Positions 52,813 to 64,000 of a stretch of 64,000 nt of DNA are shown one piece after another. The stretch covers positions 248,001 to 312,000 of the forward strand of contig NIVC01000222.1 of NCBI GenBank assembly GCA_002269645.1, given 5' to 3'. Positions within the stretch are counted from its first letter, which is position 1, and the number at the start of each line of letters is the position of its first letter. The stretch is from Macrostomum lignano. Taxonomy: Eukaryota. The notes beneath the pieces were generated by a model, which saw only the letters and a program-made list of their open reading frames with translations, had not been told where the DNA came from and did no database searches. A program made the translations under genes and the position numbers.

Positions 52813-55153
52813 TCAAACCAGGTAGATGAGGAATCGGTCAGCCTTGGCGCCAGTACGATACGTTGGCGAGTTCTGCTTAGTGTTGTACACCAGCACGGGC
52901 GCCTTGCCTGTCCAGAACCGGTTGGACCAGGGGCAGGGATCCTTTTTGTCCGACACCGCCCAGAAGGCCGTGTCGCCGTTGCAGCCGCCGTACCGATTGC
53001 TAATAAAGAACCGTCTCGAGTATCTGGCGTCGCCCTGTGGCGCGAAAAAGTTGAAACCAGTCGATCCGACAAAGTACGGACTGCTGGACACAACTCGACT
53101 AGCCGAGAACCACGAGTGCAAATTCAACGAACGCCTTCTAACTGACACGTCGAAGAATACCTGCGACACGGGCTTGTTTTTGACTCGCATTTCGGCCACG
53201 ATAAACTTTTTGCCCGACTCGATCACCGTGTCGGCCAGGTTGTCGAGAAGATCCGATCGGTACACGTTTGGCAAAGATTTATCGGCCGGAATCGGGTAGG
53301 TCTGCTTGGTACTGAATGTGGAGTAGGCGCCTTTACCGATGCCCGATTTGATAGTGAACAGAAGAATCTTGTTTCCTTCTGAAATCGTTTTTATTAACTT
53401 TAAATTTACGAGATCGTTCTTATTTACTAATGAGTAGTTATTATTGCGTATACTGAAGGATTGTGAACTAGCTCAGCACAATAATAATAATAATTGATTA
53501 CACCTGCCCTAATGAGCTGATGTGCAACCGACAGATCAGCCGCAGCTAATGCGCGGCGCATTAAAGGCTGCGTACGGCTGTTCAGTCAAAGGACTGGGGT
53601 CGCCACACATACCCTCAGCTGGGTGAACTGAAGATGCAATGCAGAGTTAAATGGGTCTTGCTCGATGACACAAATTCTTCCTGTGGGATTAGGAATCGAA
53701 CCCCTGACCTTTCAATCGTGAGTCCGACACTCTAACCGCAAGAAGCATCAATACTTTTGACATGTTGTTTTTCAGGCTCAAAAAATGTAACAATGTGAGC
53801 CTAAATAGGGGGTAACAACTTGACTCTTACCAAACTTGAAGCTCTTCTCTGGCAGGCTTCCACTCGCAGCTGGAACGCTTGAGTACCTGAGATAGATGAA
53901 GAACCTGTCCGCATATGCCGCGCCTCGGTTCTGATATTTTCCCGGGTACTTGTTGTACACCAGGGTCGGAACGCGACCATTCCAGCCGCCGTTGCCCCAC
54001 GGACAAGGGTCTTTGACGTCTGAAACCGTCCAGAATCCTTCGTCGGCCGCGCAGCCGCCGTATTTGTTGTTAATGAAGAAACGTCGCTTGTATTTTCCGT
54101 TTCCTGCTATGCTAAAAAAGTTGAAATTCGAGCGGCCAACCCAAAAAGGATAGCTGGACTTGACATTTCTCCTGTTGAACCAGCTGGTCTTGTCAATACT
54201 GTCTCGGTTTTTTGAGACATCGAAAACAACCTGAGCCACGCGATCGTCCCCCACTCTCATTTCGGCCACCATTTCCCAGTTTCCGGATCTTGTAGCCAGC
54301 GCAGAGGGCAAATCGTCCAGCAGCTGCGATCTGTACACCTCGGGCAGCGTCCCGTCAGTGGGAATTGAGTATCTGTGCTCGTCATTGTAGCTCTCGTATG
54401 CGCTGGCGCCGCATCCAGCCTTGATGGTGAACAGCAGCAGCTTGTCACCTTCTGAAATTTGTTCATTTGGATCACCAATTACAACAAGGAATTTATACTC
54501 GTAGTTAAGTTTTAAGCTTAAACCATTTCGATAAATCACTCACCAAACCAGAGCTCGTCAGAATAAGGTCTCGAGCTGGTCTTCACCACAGGCACCCAAG
54601 ACTTGGTGAGGCGCAGGCTTCGGCCGTTGCTAACGCCGAAGAAGGTGAACTCCATAGCCGACCGGATGAAGTCACTGCTGGTGGTGCGAAAGTGCAGGGC
54701 GTTGAAAATTCTCTGGCACACGCTGCGACGTCGACAGCGAAAGAGAACAGATTGCTGGTTTCGCTTTCTCAGGTTGGTCACAGTCAGATCGCTGCAGTTT
54801 TTTCTACACCCGCCAACAAGGCTTTGTCGAAGCTTCACGGACACAGACATGATTGTCATTTTGCCCAGTGGCTTGTCTCTTAGCGTGGCATTGGGCTTGT
54901 AATCAACGATCAGAGGCACAGAGAAGTAGTAGCCGTTGCCAACTGGAGTCTTTCTCACCTTGGCTTTCTCGCTCGCCTGCAGCGCGATGTACGGCTCTAG
55001 AACCTCGAGACCATCGATGCTGAAGCTTCTTAGCTTGACTCCTTTGTAATTTAGGCGGCCAGTCTCCACTACCCCGCTGTCCTGAAAGTTAACCGACATG
55101 AAAGCGCTGCAGGCGCTAGTCGTGGCCAGGAGAAGCAGGATTAGAAATTTCAT
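52813..55153 (-). CDS. Secreted protein (~598 aa): signal peptide, basic Cys-containing N-domain and two tandem copies of an uncharacterised extracellular domain
   Basis: Exons 55153-54544, 54451-53831 and 53378-52813, all junctions phase 1 (donors GTGAGT and GTAAGA; both acceptors TTTCAG|AAGG). Signal peptide MKFLILLLLATTSACSA. Repeated motifs LLFTIK.G.G..AY, VYRS.LLD.L, VAEMRV, SWF, FNFF, RRFFI.N.YGGC..D..FW.VSD.KDPCPW and ADRF.IYL. Confidence 0.82.
53481..53740 (-). mobile_element. tRNA-derived CORE-type SINE in intron 2 of the secreted-protein gene
   Basis: B box GGTTCGATTCC, a partly deleted CORE block, a 3' segment shared with the 25.1 kb copy, and a (TTA)n tail. Confidence 0.78.
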
Positions 55154-56164
55154 ATTGACGCAAGTTTGTGAGTCCAGTGGAAAAAACTTTTCCCAACAAA
55201 GCGGGAAAACTTACTGAAAATTTTGTTGTCTAAATAGTGAGGATCTTATTCTATTTTGCTGAATCCTCTGACTACGTGGAAGCCGAATCAACAGCTGCAA
55301 AATGGAGCTGACAAGAGAAGCCAGTGGGGCTATGCAAATCGATATTTTCGTTAAAAAAACTTCTGGAATTATTTGACTTGACTTTTATGAAGTATGCTTC
55401 ACGGCCTCACTTCTTCGGTCAAGACTTTCCCGGTCCTTGAAAGCAACTTATCTAATGCATTAGCCTCAGAAACTACGGTAGCTATGCTCCCAATATCCGT
55501 TTCAACGTAAGCTCTCTTAAGTTGTGTTCACCTGACTTGATAGCTTGGATATTACTGCAATGCATGAAGCTACACTTTGACAACTTCGAAGGAAATTTTC
55601 GTATATCAATTGCTACAATATCACTTTTTCTTAATTTTTTCAGGCCTGGAGTGGCTGAAATTGTGCTATGATGCATGTACAGGTAAAATGAAAGCGTATA
55701 AGATCAAGTTGTCTAATCGTCGACAATAAAAATGGTAACAAAAACACTAAAAAACAAGCATATAACGACTTTCAAGACGGTAGCGATAGCTAATGTTGAT
55801 AAACTTGATCGAATTCAGCAGATTTTATTTATTTCCTCCATTTTCCGGGATAAAATTTCAACAGTATTCAGTAAAATAGCAAGGGAAAATGCTACCATCA
55901 GCTGTCAGTATTTTATGTGAGATAGGAACTATCTTCTTCTGTTTTCTTCAGGAACTATCTGTTTCAAAAAGCAACAATGAGTACAAGCAGACAGCCGCAG
56001 GCAAAAACGTCTGCAAAGTTCACACGGCATTTGGTCTAGATCATTGTCAAGGTTTCATTACAAAGCCTAAACTTCGGCAACGCAGCCAGCTAAACGGGAT
56101 TGCCAACAAATTCTCTTGCAATCTCTTTTCTTGTATAGCCACTATGCTAGAAATGTTTTGTCTC

Positions 56165-56270
56165 TATCTAGGCATCTATCTATCTAATGTGCAGATTGAT
56201 TTCAGAAAAACGGCTCAACCGATTTTCATGAAACTTGCACCGTACATCCGTAAAGAATCTACATTTAAAC
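56165..56270 (-). mobile_element. Helentron/HINE-like fragment
   Basis: (CTAT)n followed by GATTTCAGAAAAACGGCTCAACCGATTTTCATGAAACTTGCACC; homologous to 63390-63500. Confidence 0.5.
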
Positions 56271-56564
56271 TACTTTAGGGCCCTTTAACTTGTTTTCAAG
56301 TTATGAGCACCATGTCTTCAAGTTATGAAGACATGGTGCTATACTTTTGGCTCCAGCCTGTCTGGGTCAAAGAGGTCTTTCCAGCTTTCTCCCCACTCGC
56401 TCTGTTGCTTTCTCCTTTGATTTATGGGCGTTTTGCAGTCACTTTTGGCGCCAGGATGTCTAGACAAGTGGCTTTTATTATGTTTTGCTTATGATTTATG
56501 ACCGCACCTGTCAACTTCCCTGGGGTCTGAAGGCCACCTGGTGGGGTGGGTTTTGGGGTCTTGA

Positions 56565-56735
56565 GCTCAGCCAATCAGAGTCGACCTGACTGCCCCCGGC
56601 TCGACCAATCAGAAAATTCAGCGCCTATTTTAACAAAGCTCTCAGCCAATCGGAAAATTCGGCGTGCGTTATAACAAATCGGCCGCGTGAGAGCTATAAA
56701 AGGCGGCAACTCGACCCGCGCTCGAAAAGGGCTTC
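56565..56735 (+). promoter_or_regulatory. Pol II promoter-like module (three CCAAT boxes plus TATA), possibly an LTR U3
   Basis: CCAAT at 56571, 56605 and 56646; TATAAAAG at 56695; GC/CpG-rich downstream sequence; no associated ORF found. Confidence 0.5.
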
Positions 56736-58449
56736 TCCTCCGGGACCTGCCCTGCCCTGCTGCTTCCTCTTCTGGTCCTGCCGACCTGATCCCCCTTCCC
56801 CCGGCAGTTTCGGCCTCGACAGCTAAGTTCCCCCCCTGAGAAGCATCATCAATATCTCCCGGCAGTGATCTAAGAGCAGCAACGACAACCGGCAAGTGAA
56901 GAGTACCGGCGGCACTCGTCAGTTAAGATCAGCAGCAGCATCCCATCCGAGCGCTGCGGTCTCTGTGGATCCCTTGGCTACCGGCAGTTAGGTCCTCTGA
57001 TTGGTTTGGTGAGAGGCTTTCTTGACCTGCTTAACTGGGTGCACCCTTTGTCTGACCCCTTCCTAGGTAGTCTGATGGGATTTGCACTTTTGCTTACTTG
57101 CTTTTTGCGTGCCCAACTCGAGGCAGAAGTGTCATTTAATACTAAAAGTAGCCATTAGCTCTGACTCTATCTAAGGCGTTTAGGATTGCGGAATAAGTGA
57201 GAAAGTTAAATCTGGAAGTTAAAGACTTAGCGTTTTATTTCTTTTTCGCAATGCCAGCTGAGATGAGCGACTAGATCTAGAGGCAAAGGTCACAGCAGAC
57301 CGGAAGCAGCACAGTTCCCAGTCAATCAGTCGATCTAAGCAATCATGATAAACATGCAAATTAAGAGCCAGACTGGTGCTTTGGCGTGGTCACAGGCAGT
57401 CAAGCGGCTAAAGTAAGTTAAATATTAGTCTAACGATCTTCGAAAGTGACAATGCATCTGCATCATCGCTATCTGTCGACGTGTTAACACATTTAGTGCC
57501 AAAAGCGTGCTGTTACGTGTACTTGTACATGTACTGCTGGGAATTCGGTAATGAAATAGTACTTTTAGTAGTGTATGAAGGCTCGCCAGCGCAAGAACCC
57601 CCTGCAGAAGTCCTCTCTGTCCTTGCATGGCCAATGCGATCTTAGTCCTAGCAGTGTCCCTTCTATTCGGCTATGACTTCGAGATAGACAGCTATAAGAC
57701 ACTAGATGGCAGGTAAGTGCAGTGCCCCTCGTCTAGTCGGAAGTCCGATTTCGATAGTTCCGGTTTGGTGAGCCGGGGCGCACGATTGGTGGCAGCGGGT
57801 TGGTTAATCTGTGGATTAGCTAATCTCTACCTTTCAAATTCTCCCTGCAATTGTCTCTCGCTGTCTTCTCTTAGCTATAGGACCTTGCTGCTCGCCCACA
57901 ACCTAGCTACCACGGGGCTGACCATCTGATAGGAGTGAGAGGCCAGAGCTTTAAGTGATTCATTTCTGAGTTCTGAGGCCCGAAGCTACAGGCTTAAAAA
58001 GGCCGAACCCATCAAAAGTACTTACACTTATACTGCAAAAGTATAGCTGCTGTAAAACTACAGCACAATACTGCTGTAGTAGCTGGCGACGAGAATGGCT
58101 CTCACAAACGAAAAGTCGCTTAAAGTATTCTACACTGATTATTGTGACACTTGGACAAAAATTATCTCCATACATACTTCTGAAGAGTCAGAATCAGCAT
58201 TTGAAAATCGGCCTCCAAAATTTTTTCTGCTGATCGCGAGTGTATCGTCCTGGATGTACTGCAAATCTTTGTTTTGTAAAGTTATTGCTTATTCACTCAA
58301 ATTTTGGATGTGATAATAGCAAAAAACATGATGTAGCATCTTTTGAGGAATAACAGCATGTTTAACTCAAGACCAACACGTTTTTTGTTTTTTTTTCATA
58401 AAGACATGTTTAAGTACTTTTTAATTGGTGGTTCTATAAAATTAGAAAG

Positions 58450-58569
58450 GACCGGTAACGGAAGTACCGGCGGAAGTTACTTTTTTAAAAAGTACCGGTA
58501 CCGGAACAAGTGCCGGAAGTTACTTTAACCGGAAGTTACTTTTTCAGAGTAACTAATTGGCCAACACTG
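58450..58569 (-). mobile_element. Probable hAT MITE terminus
   Basis: On the - strand begins CAGTGTTGGCCAATTAGTTACT, followed by repeated AAGTAACTTCCGG subterminal motifs. The partner end was not found. Confidence 0.4.
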
Positions 58570-58927
58570 CCTGTTAGATTAGGCTGGATAAAACCTGCAT
58601 TTAAAAAAATCGAAATAAATGTATTTGAAACACAAGCTGCTTTTTAATAACTGATTAGTATTTAAAAAATGACACAGCTGCAAAAATTCTGAGCTGGTAC
58701 TTTCCTTGCTGCAAATTTTCTCCGCTGGCAATTTTCTGGCTGGCAAAGTTCGTAGAAACTAGGATGGGCCGTTAGGGTTGAATTGGATCACTAAATCAAC
58801 ACATAAGGCAAACAATTCAGACAAAGAAGTTTGCTTCCATTTTTCATGTACACACTGGCTCAATTTGTAATGAACGTAAGAATTCAAAATGTATTTGTAG
58901 GCTTTATGCTTATAACTTCGTCCTCTC

Positions 58928-59400
58928 TAGGGGGGGGGGGGGGTTTCACAAACTCGAAATTTCACAACGTCGAAAGCATGCACCTTCTTTCACAAGATGG
59001 AAATCGAAAACTCAAATAGCAACCACTTTCACAAGGTCGAAACTTCACAATGTCGAAATTTCATAACATCGAAAACTCAAATAACTGCAGCCACTTTCAC
59101 AAGGTCGAAACTTCACAAGGTCGAAATTTCACAACGTAGAAAACTACTGCATGGTTCTTGTTATATTAAGTTTTCGACGTTGTGAAATTCCGAGCTTATG
59201 AAGTTTCGAAATTGTGAAAGTGGCTGCTATTTGAGTTTTCGATGTTATGAAATTTCGACCTTGTGAAATTTCGACTTTATGAAGTCTCTTGCTTAAGTTT
59301 TCGATGTTGTGAAATTTCAACCTTGTGAAGTTTGGACCTTGTGAAATAATTTACTTTTCGACGTTGTGAAATTTCGACCTTGTGAAAGCATCCCTCTCTA
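58928..59400. mobile_element. Foldback-type element with arms made of ~15 bp subrepeats
   Basis: Left arm of TTTCACAAGGTCGAAA units (to ~59146), a ~25 bp spacer, and a right arm of TTTCGACCTTGTGAAA units (from ~59170). Confidence 0.7.
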
Positions 59401-62400
59401 AATTTCGATTTCTAAAAAGTTAAATAATGTACGCTCGTAGTTTCACGGTGCTTGTGGTTTTTAACAAATTCCTCTTTAGCGCGAATTTGATTTATTCGTT
59501 TGGAAATTATAAATCTTAACCAATTACTCCATCAGCCAGCTCTAAATAGGACATTAAACTTCCGTAAACATAAATTTATGATAATTAAAGACAAATACAT
59601 GTATGCATTAAATTAACTATAACATCTCTTTCATACTTTTGACCTAATCTTATGGCTATGCAAGTATGCGTAGATCATAGGCTGAGGCTGACCAATATTA
59701 TGATGTTTAATGCTTAATGACAATGGTAAGGGATCAAGGTTAAGAACTTAAGATATAGCATAGGCCTAGGGCAATGATGGAATACAAAAGTGGTAATGGC
59801 AAAAAAATTGTTTTTAGGGAATGCTGACTAAGGGAAGGCAGAGACAGAGTAAGGAATGATTTTATTTGATATTGAATTTTGATAATTCTTTCAAATAGAA
59901 GTATATTTTAAAAACAAGCCACAAGCACAGCAATGCAAACTACAAAGTAAATCAGTGTGGTTAAAACTATAATTGCATTGCATTCGCATGGTTAGGCCTA
60001 GACCCTAGTAGTTAGCTGTTAGCATGGAATCCTTTAGCCCTTTTGATATTGAAAAGTGAATCATAATAACAATAAGACCTAGGGCTAGGCCTTATTAATA
60101 GTAAAAGCTATACCTATAATCTTTATTTCTCAAGCCCTGGCCTAATTGCTAAGGACTTAAAAGCTCTTCTTACAAAACTTTTTTAAATTGGACAACAAAA
60201 TTTATTTATTTCCACTGCTTTATAACCTTTTACTCTTAGGCAGATAGCTAGGGCTAGGCCTATGCTAGTCTTAGTCTATATTTAGGGAAGTCCACTTAAA
60301 AGGTTTAAATTAAATCATACAATGGTCTTTTAAAGTCTTCGTTATTATACTAATCAGGATTCAGGATAATATACTCTATGGCCTATCACTAAACCATTTT
60401 TGAACCTAAAATGTGCATTCTAATAATTCTATGTGCTAAAAAATATTAAAACTAAATTCTTAAACTAAAATAAAAAGTTAGCCAAAATTAAAGAATAGGG
60501 CCTATAAAGATGCTTTTGAAATGCTTTTTCTATAAAAATTAAGATCAAAATAGAAGTTTGCCAGTTTTTTAAATTGAAATTAAAATTTTGAGGTGGGGGC
60601 AAAAAAGAAAAGGGGGTTTGGTGGGAGTAGGTGGTTTCTAATGTTTGAATTGCTGCCTGCATTGTCTTGGCACTTGTAAAGCTGGAAAATTTCTTGAATT
60701 GATGCACTGATTCTTCTCCTTGGTTACTCCGTCTGCCAGGGTTATCAATTCTGGGGGGAGAGTAGTTATAATTGTAGTCGCGCAGTCTTTTAGCGGCATG
60801 GTCATTCAAATTGGGTCCTTAGACACTGTAAAATTCATAATTTGTTGATATGCTCAATTTGTTATTATCAGTAGTAAAGTAGTGCTGCCACCACCGTAAA
60901 TTTTGTATTATGGAACAATGAGTGTCTTTGAGCTTTCTTTGAGTTGAGACAGATTGGTTATTTTATGCCCCACGGGCAAATGACTCAATAAAGGCTAAGG
61001 GCTTCTATTTGAAATGAATGAAAAATTATTAATGGTTGGTTATTTTTTTGCACCAGATAACTTAATTGCTACAAATGAAGTACTAACGGATATTCCTATT
61101 AGTATTATTATTTGGCTAACAAACAAGTGATGAATCGGCAGGGCTGAGAGCCTAAAAGGATTAATAAAGTTTAATCAATAAGGTAGAACAAGTTAAGTAA
61201 TCGAACTTGCAAAAAAGAAAGAAAGAAACAAGATGAGAGGAAAAAAACAAGGTAATGGTTGCAAACAAAATGTCATATAAATAATAGAAGGGTACAGATA
61301 ACCCAGGGGGTGGGACAATGGATGGGACAAGGAAAGGGGCACCCAATGGGAAAAAGGGAAAAACCCAGCTGCTAGAAGCCGTAAAACAATAGCGACCATG
61401 GGAAAGAGCAACAAAGGAGGCAGATGAAGGAGCAAAGGCGGGGGCAACCAGGGGAACAGACATGGGAACAAACAGTGAAACAAAATTACGTCAGTTGTCA
61501 ATCCATGGAACCTGGGTCGACCACCTTGTCCGCACTGGAGGCCTGCCATTGTTCACCCAGTGGTAGACCAGCCTACCACATTTTATTAGACTTGCTTTCA
61601 AAAATTATAACGAAAACCAAAAGTAAAATCTTCCAAAATTGAAATTCAGAAAAAAATGATCTAATTAATAACTTAATATTTAAAAAACTATTTTTATTAG
61701 TTAACTGCTCAAGGAAATTAATATATATAAGCATAAATTTATATTGATCAAGGTTTTGATCAAGGTAAATAATAATTTGCATAAATAATTTTTTATTCTT
61801 TATATTATATAGGCCCTTTATATAAGGTCAAGGATAATCTAAAAGTTTTGCAACTATACCAAAAGAGTTTCTTAATCTAATTGGCAAATTTTGATCATAA
61901 TCCTTTAGTGGCTTCTATTGAATTATAATATAGACATTTATGAGCATACATGCCCAACTTTAAATCTTACCTAGTTTTAGAACTTATTTTTGACCAAAAA
62001 TGCATTTTTTACTTATGAAACAAACCCTAAAGCAAAAATTAATATAGCTTTAAGTAAATGGCAAGAGTAACTATATTTATATTATTAAGCTTAAATTAAA
62101 TACCTCATCTAATTAGACTATATCCATATTTTAAGTTGACATTTTTGTGACTTGCCTTCATTAGATCGCTTGTTACCTAGTCAAATTAGCTGGATTAGCT
62201 GGGTATTAAGCATGCATGCTTGTGAGTACAAGCCAGCTACTTTTTTATTCAGCATTTAAACCTTTTATTCTTTAGTTAGGATATCCTTGATTGCCATTAT
62301 TGTAGCCTCTTCCATGTCATTGACTTGAATCTATGTTTTTCAATGACACATTTATCTTAGTAAAGAGCCAGAAGTTGCAGGGGATAGATCTGTCAAGTAG

Positions 62401-63389
62401 ATAAGCTGGTACCTAGTATAATAATATCATTCTAGTCTAGAAATGGAAAAGTCAATTTAGCTGTTTTAGTAGGTGCATGGTTTTGGTTATTAGTACAATT
62501 TCTAACTAAATATTCTTGTCTTTGGTACTCATTCTATGCTTATAATTTTATATAATATGCAAAATAATTTCTATTTGTTGCACTTTATGATTTTGGAACT
62601 TGATAGATTTGAAATTATAAATGATTTTCTTAAAACCTAAATTTGAATTCCTATTAAATTTGTTTTACTATATTAATTTTTGTTTAATGCATGCAAGTAT
62701 TATCTTATTATTGTGCATTTATACTCTTGGATATAATTTTGCAACTTATTTTGTTTTAAATTTTCATCACATAATTTCACTTTAAGTTCAATTGCAAAAA
62801 ATGTATTGCATATTTTTTGCAATTTTTCTATCTTGGCTGTCTTCTGATCTTGAAGCTTCATCATTTCCATAATACCCTAAGGGTGGTTGAATCAAGGATG
62901 GTTGATTAAAAACAAACTTTACAATAAATTCATAAAAAAGATATCTGGCCATAGGCACCAGATTTTTCTATAGCAAAGGGCAGCTTCTTAACTATGGCCA
63001 TGTGGCATATGCTAGAATTTACTTAGTGAAATGACATTATTCTGAGTGTAGTATTATTTATCAAGTAACAGATATTACTAGTTACAGTAAATAGATATAG
63101 GAAATGTATAAATCTTTTTTATCTAAAAGAATTATCTAAAAGTAGATTTAGGTAACTAATTTATTTAAATTTTTTTTATTAAAAAATTTGTCTATAATAT
63201 CATATAGCTATGTCTATTGCTATACTAGACTACCATATTTCTATAGTCTTAGCTATGTATGTATCTATCTTGCTATTAAAAAAACTGTCTATAATATCAT
63301 ATAGCTATGCCTATGTCTATTGCTATACTAGACTACCATATTTCTATAGTCTTAGCTATGTATGTATCTTCCAATATACTAAAAATGAG

Positions 63390-63500
63390 TTGTCTGTATG
63401 TATGTATGTGTGAGATAGATTTCAGAAAAAACGGCTTAATCAATTTTCTTTAAACTTGCACCATTTGATCAGAAATTTTTCTGGGACGGTACATGCATCT
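63390..63500 (-). mobile_element. Helentron/HINE-like fragment (CpG-decayed)
   Basis: (GTAT)n then GATTTCAGAAAAAACGGCTTAATCAATTTTCTTAAACTTGCACCAT; homologous to 56165-56270. Confidence 0.5.
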
Positions 63501-63529
63501 TGGCTAAGAAATTGCTCAATTTTAAGAAG

Positions 63530-64000
63530 CGTAATATCAAACATAGAAGAGCCACCATGTCAAACATTAAAGAGCCACCATATCAAATATAAAAGAGTTA
63601 CCATGTCAAACATAAAAAAGCCACCATGCCAAACATAAAAGAAGCACCATGTCAAACATATACGTGACTCCATGTCAAACATTTAAGAGCCACCATGTCG
63701 AACATTTAAGAGCCACCATGTCAAACATTTAAGAGCCACCATGTCAAACCTAAATGAGCCACCACGTCTAACATTTAAGAGCCACTATGTCAAACATTTA
63801 AGAGCCATCATGTCAAACATTTAAGAGCCACCATGTCAAACATATATGTGACTTTATGTAAAACATTAAAGAGCCACCATTGTGAACATTAAAGAGCCAC
63901 CATGTCGAACATTAAAGAGCCACCATGTCAAACATAAAAAGGTATACCATGAAGAACATTGAAGAGCCACCATGTCAAACTTTAAAGAGTCACCATTTCG
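63530..64000. repeat. Minisatellite, ~23 bp unit (AAGAGCCACCATGTCAAACATTT), running off the window
   Basis: About 20 diverged copies. Confidence 0.88.

Overview
Eukaryotic (metazoan) genomic DNA with GT-AG introns, CpG-rich exons and many tandem repeats. The style fits a repeat-rich flatworm such as Macrostomum (inference only). Left part (1-24 kb): five co-oriented + strand spliced genes, namely the 3' end of a PEVK-like/SH3 protein, TRMT2A, ARB2A/FAM172A, an unassigned 4-TM protein and an ARHGAP19-like RhoGAP. Most of their longer introns and the first spacers each hold a different minisatellite. 25-29 kb: a - strand single-pass membrane protein. 34-51 kb: a - strand tandem cluster of TRAIP-like RING/coiled-coil genes and pseudogenes; four copies share a non-canonical RING-H2 ligand spacing. 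52.8-55.2 kb: a three-exon secreted protein with an exon-duplicated uncharacterised domain. The rest is CORE-type tRNA SINEs, MITEs, Helentron-like fragments, a foldback element and a strongly CpG-depleted block. All gene models were built by hand from splice motifs and reading-frame phase; most long ORFs in the supplied track are artefacts of tandem repeats.
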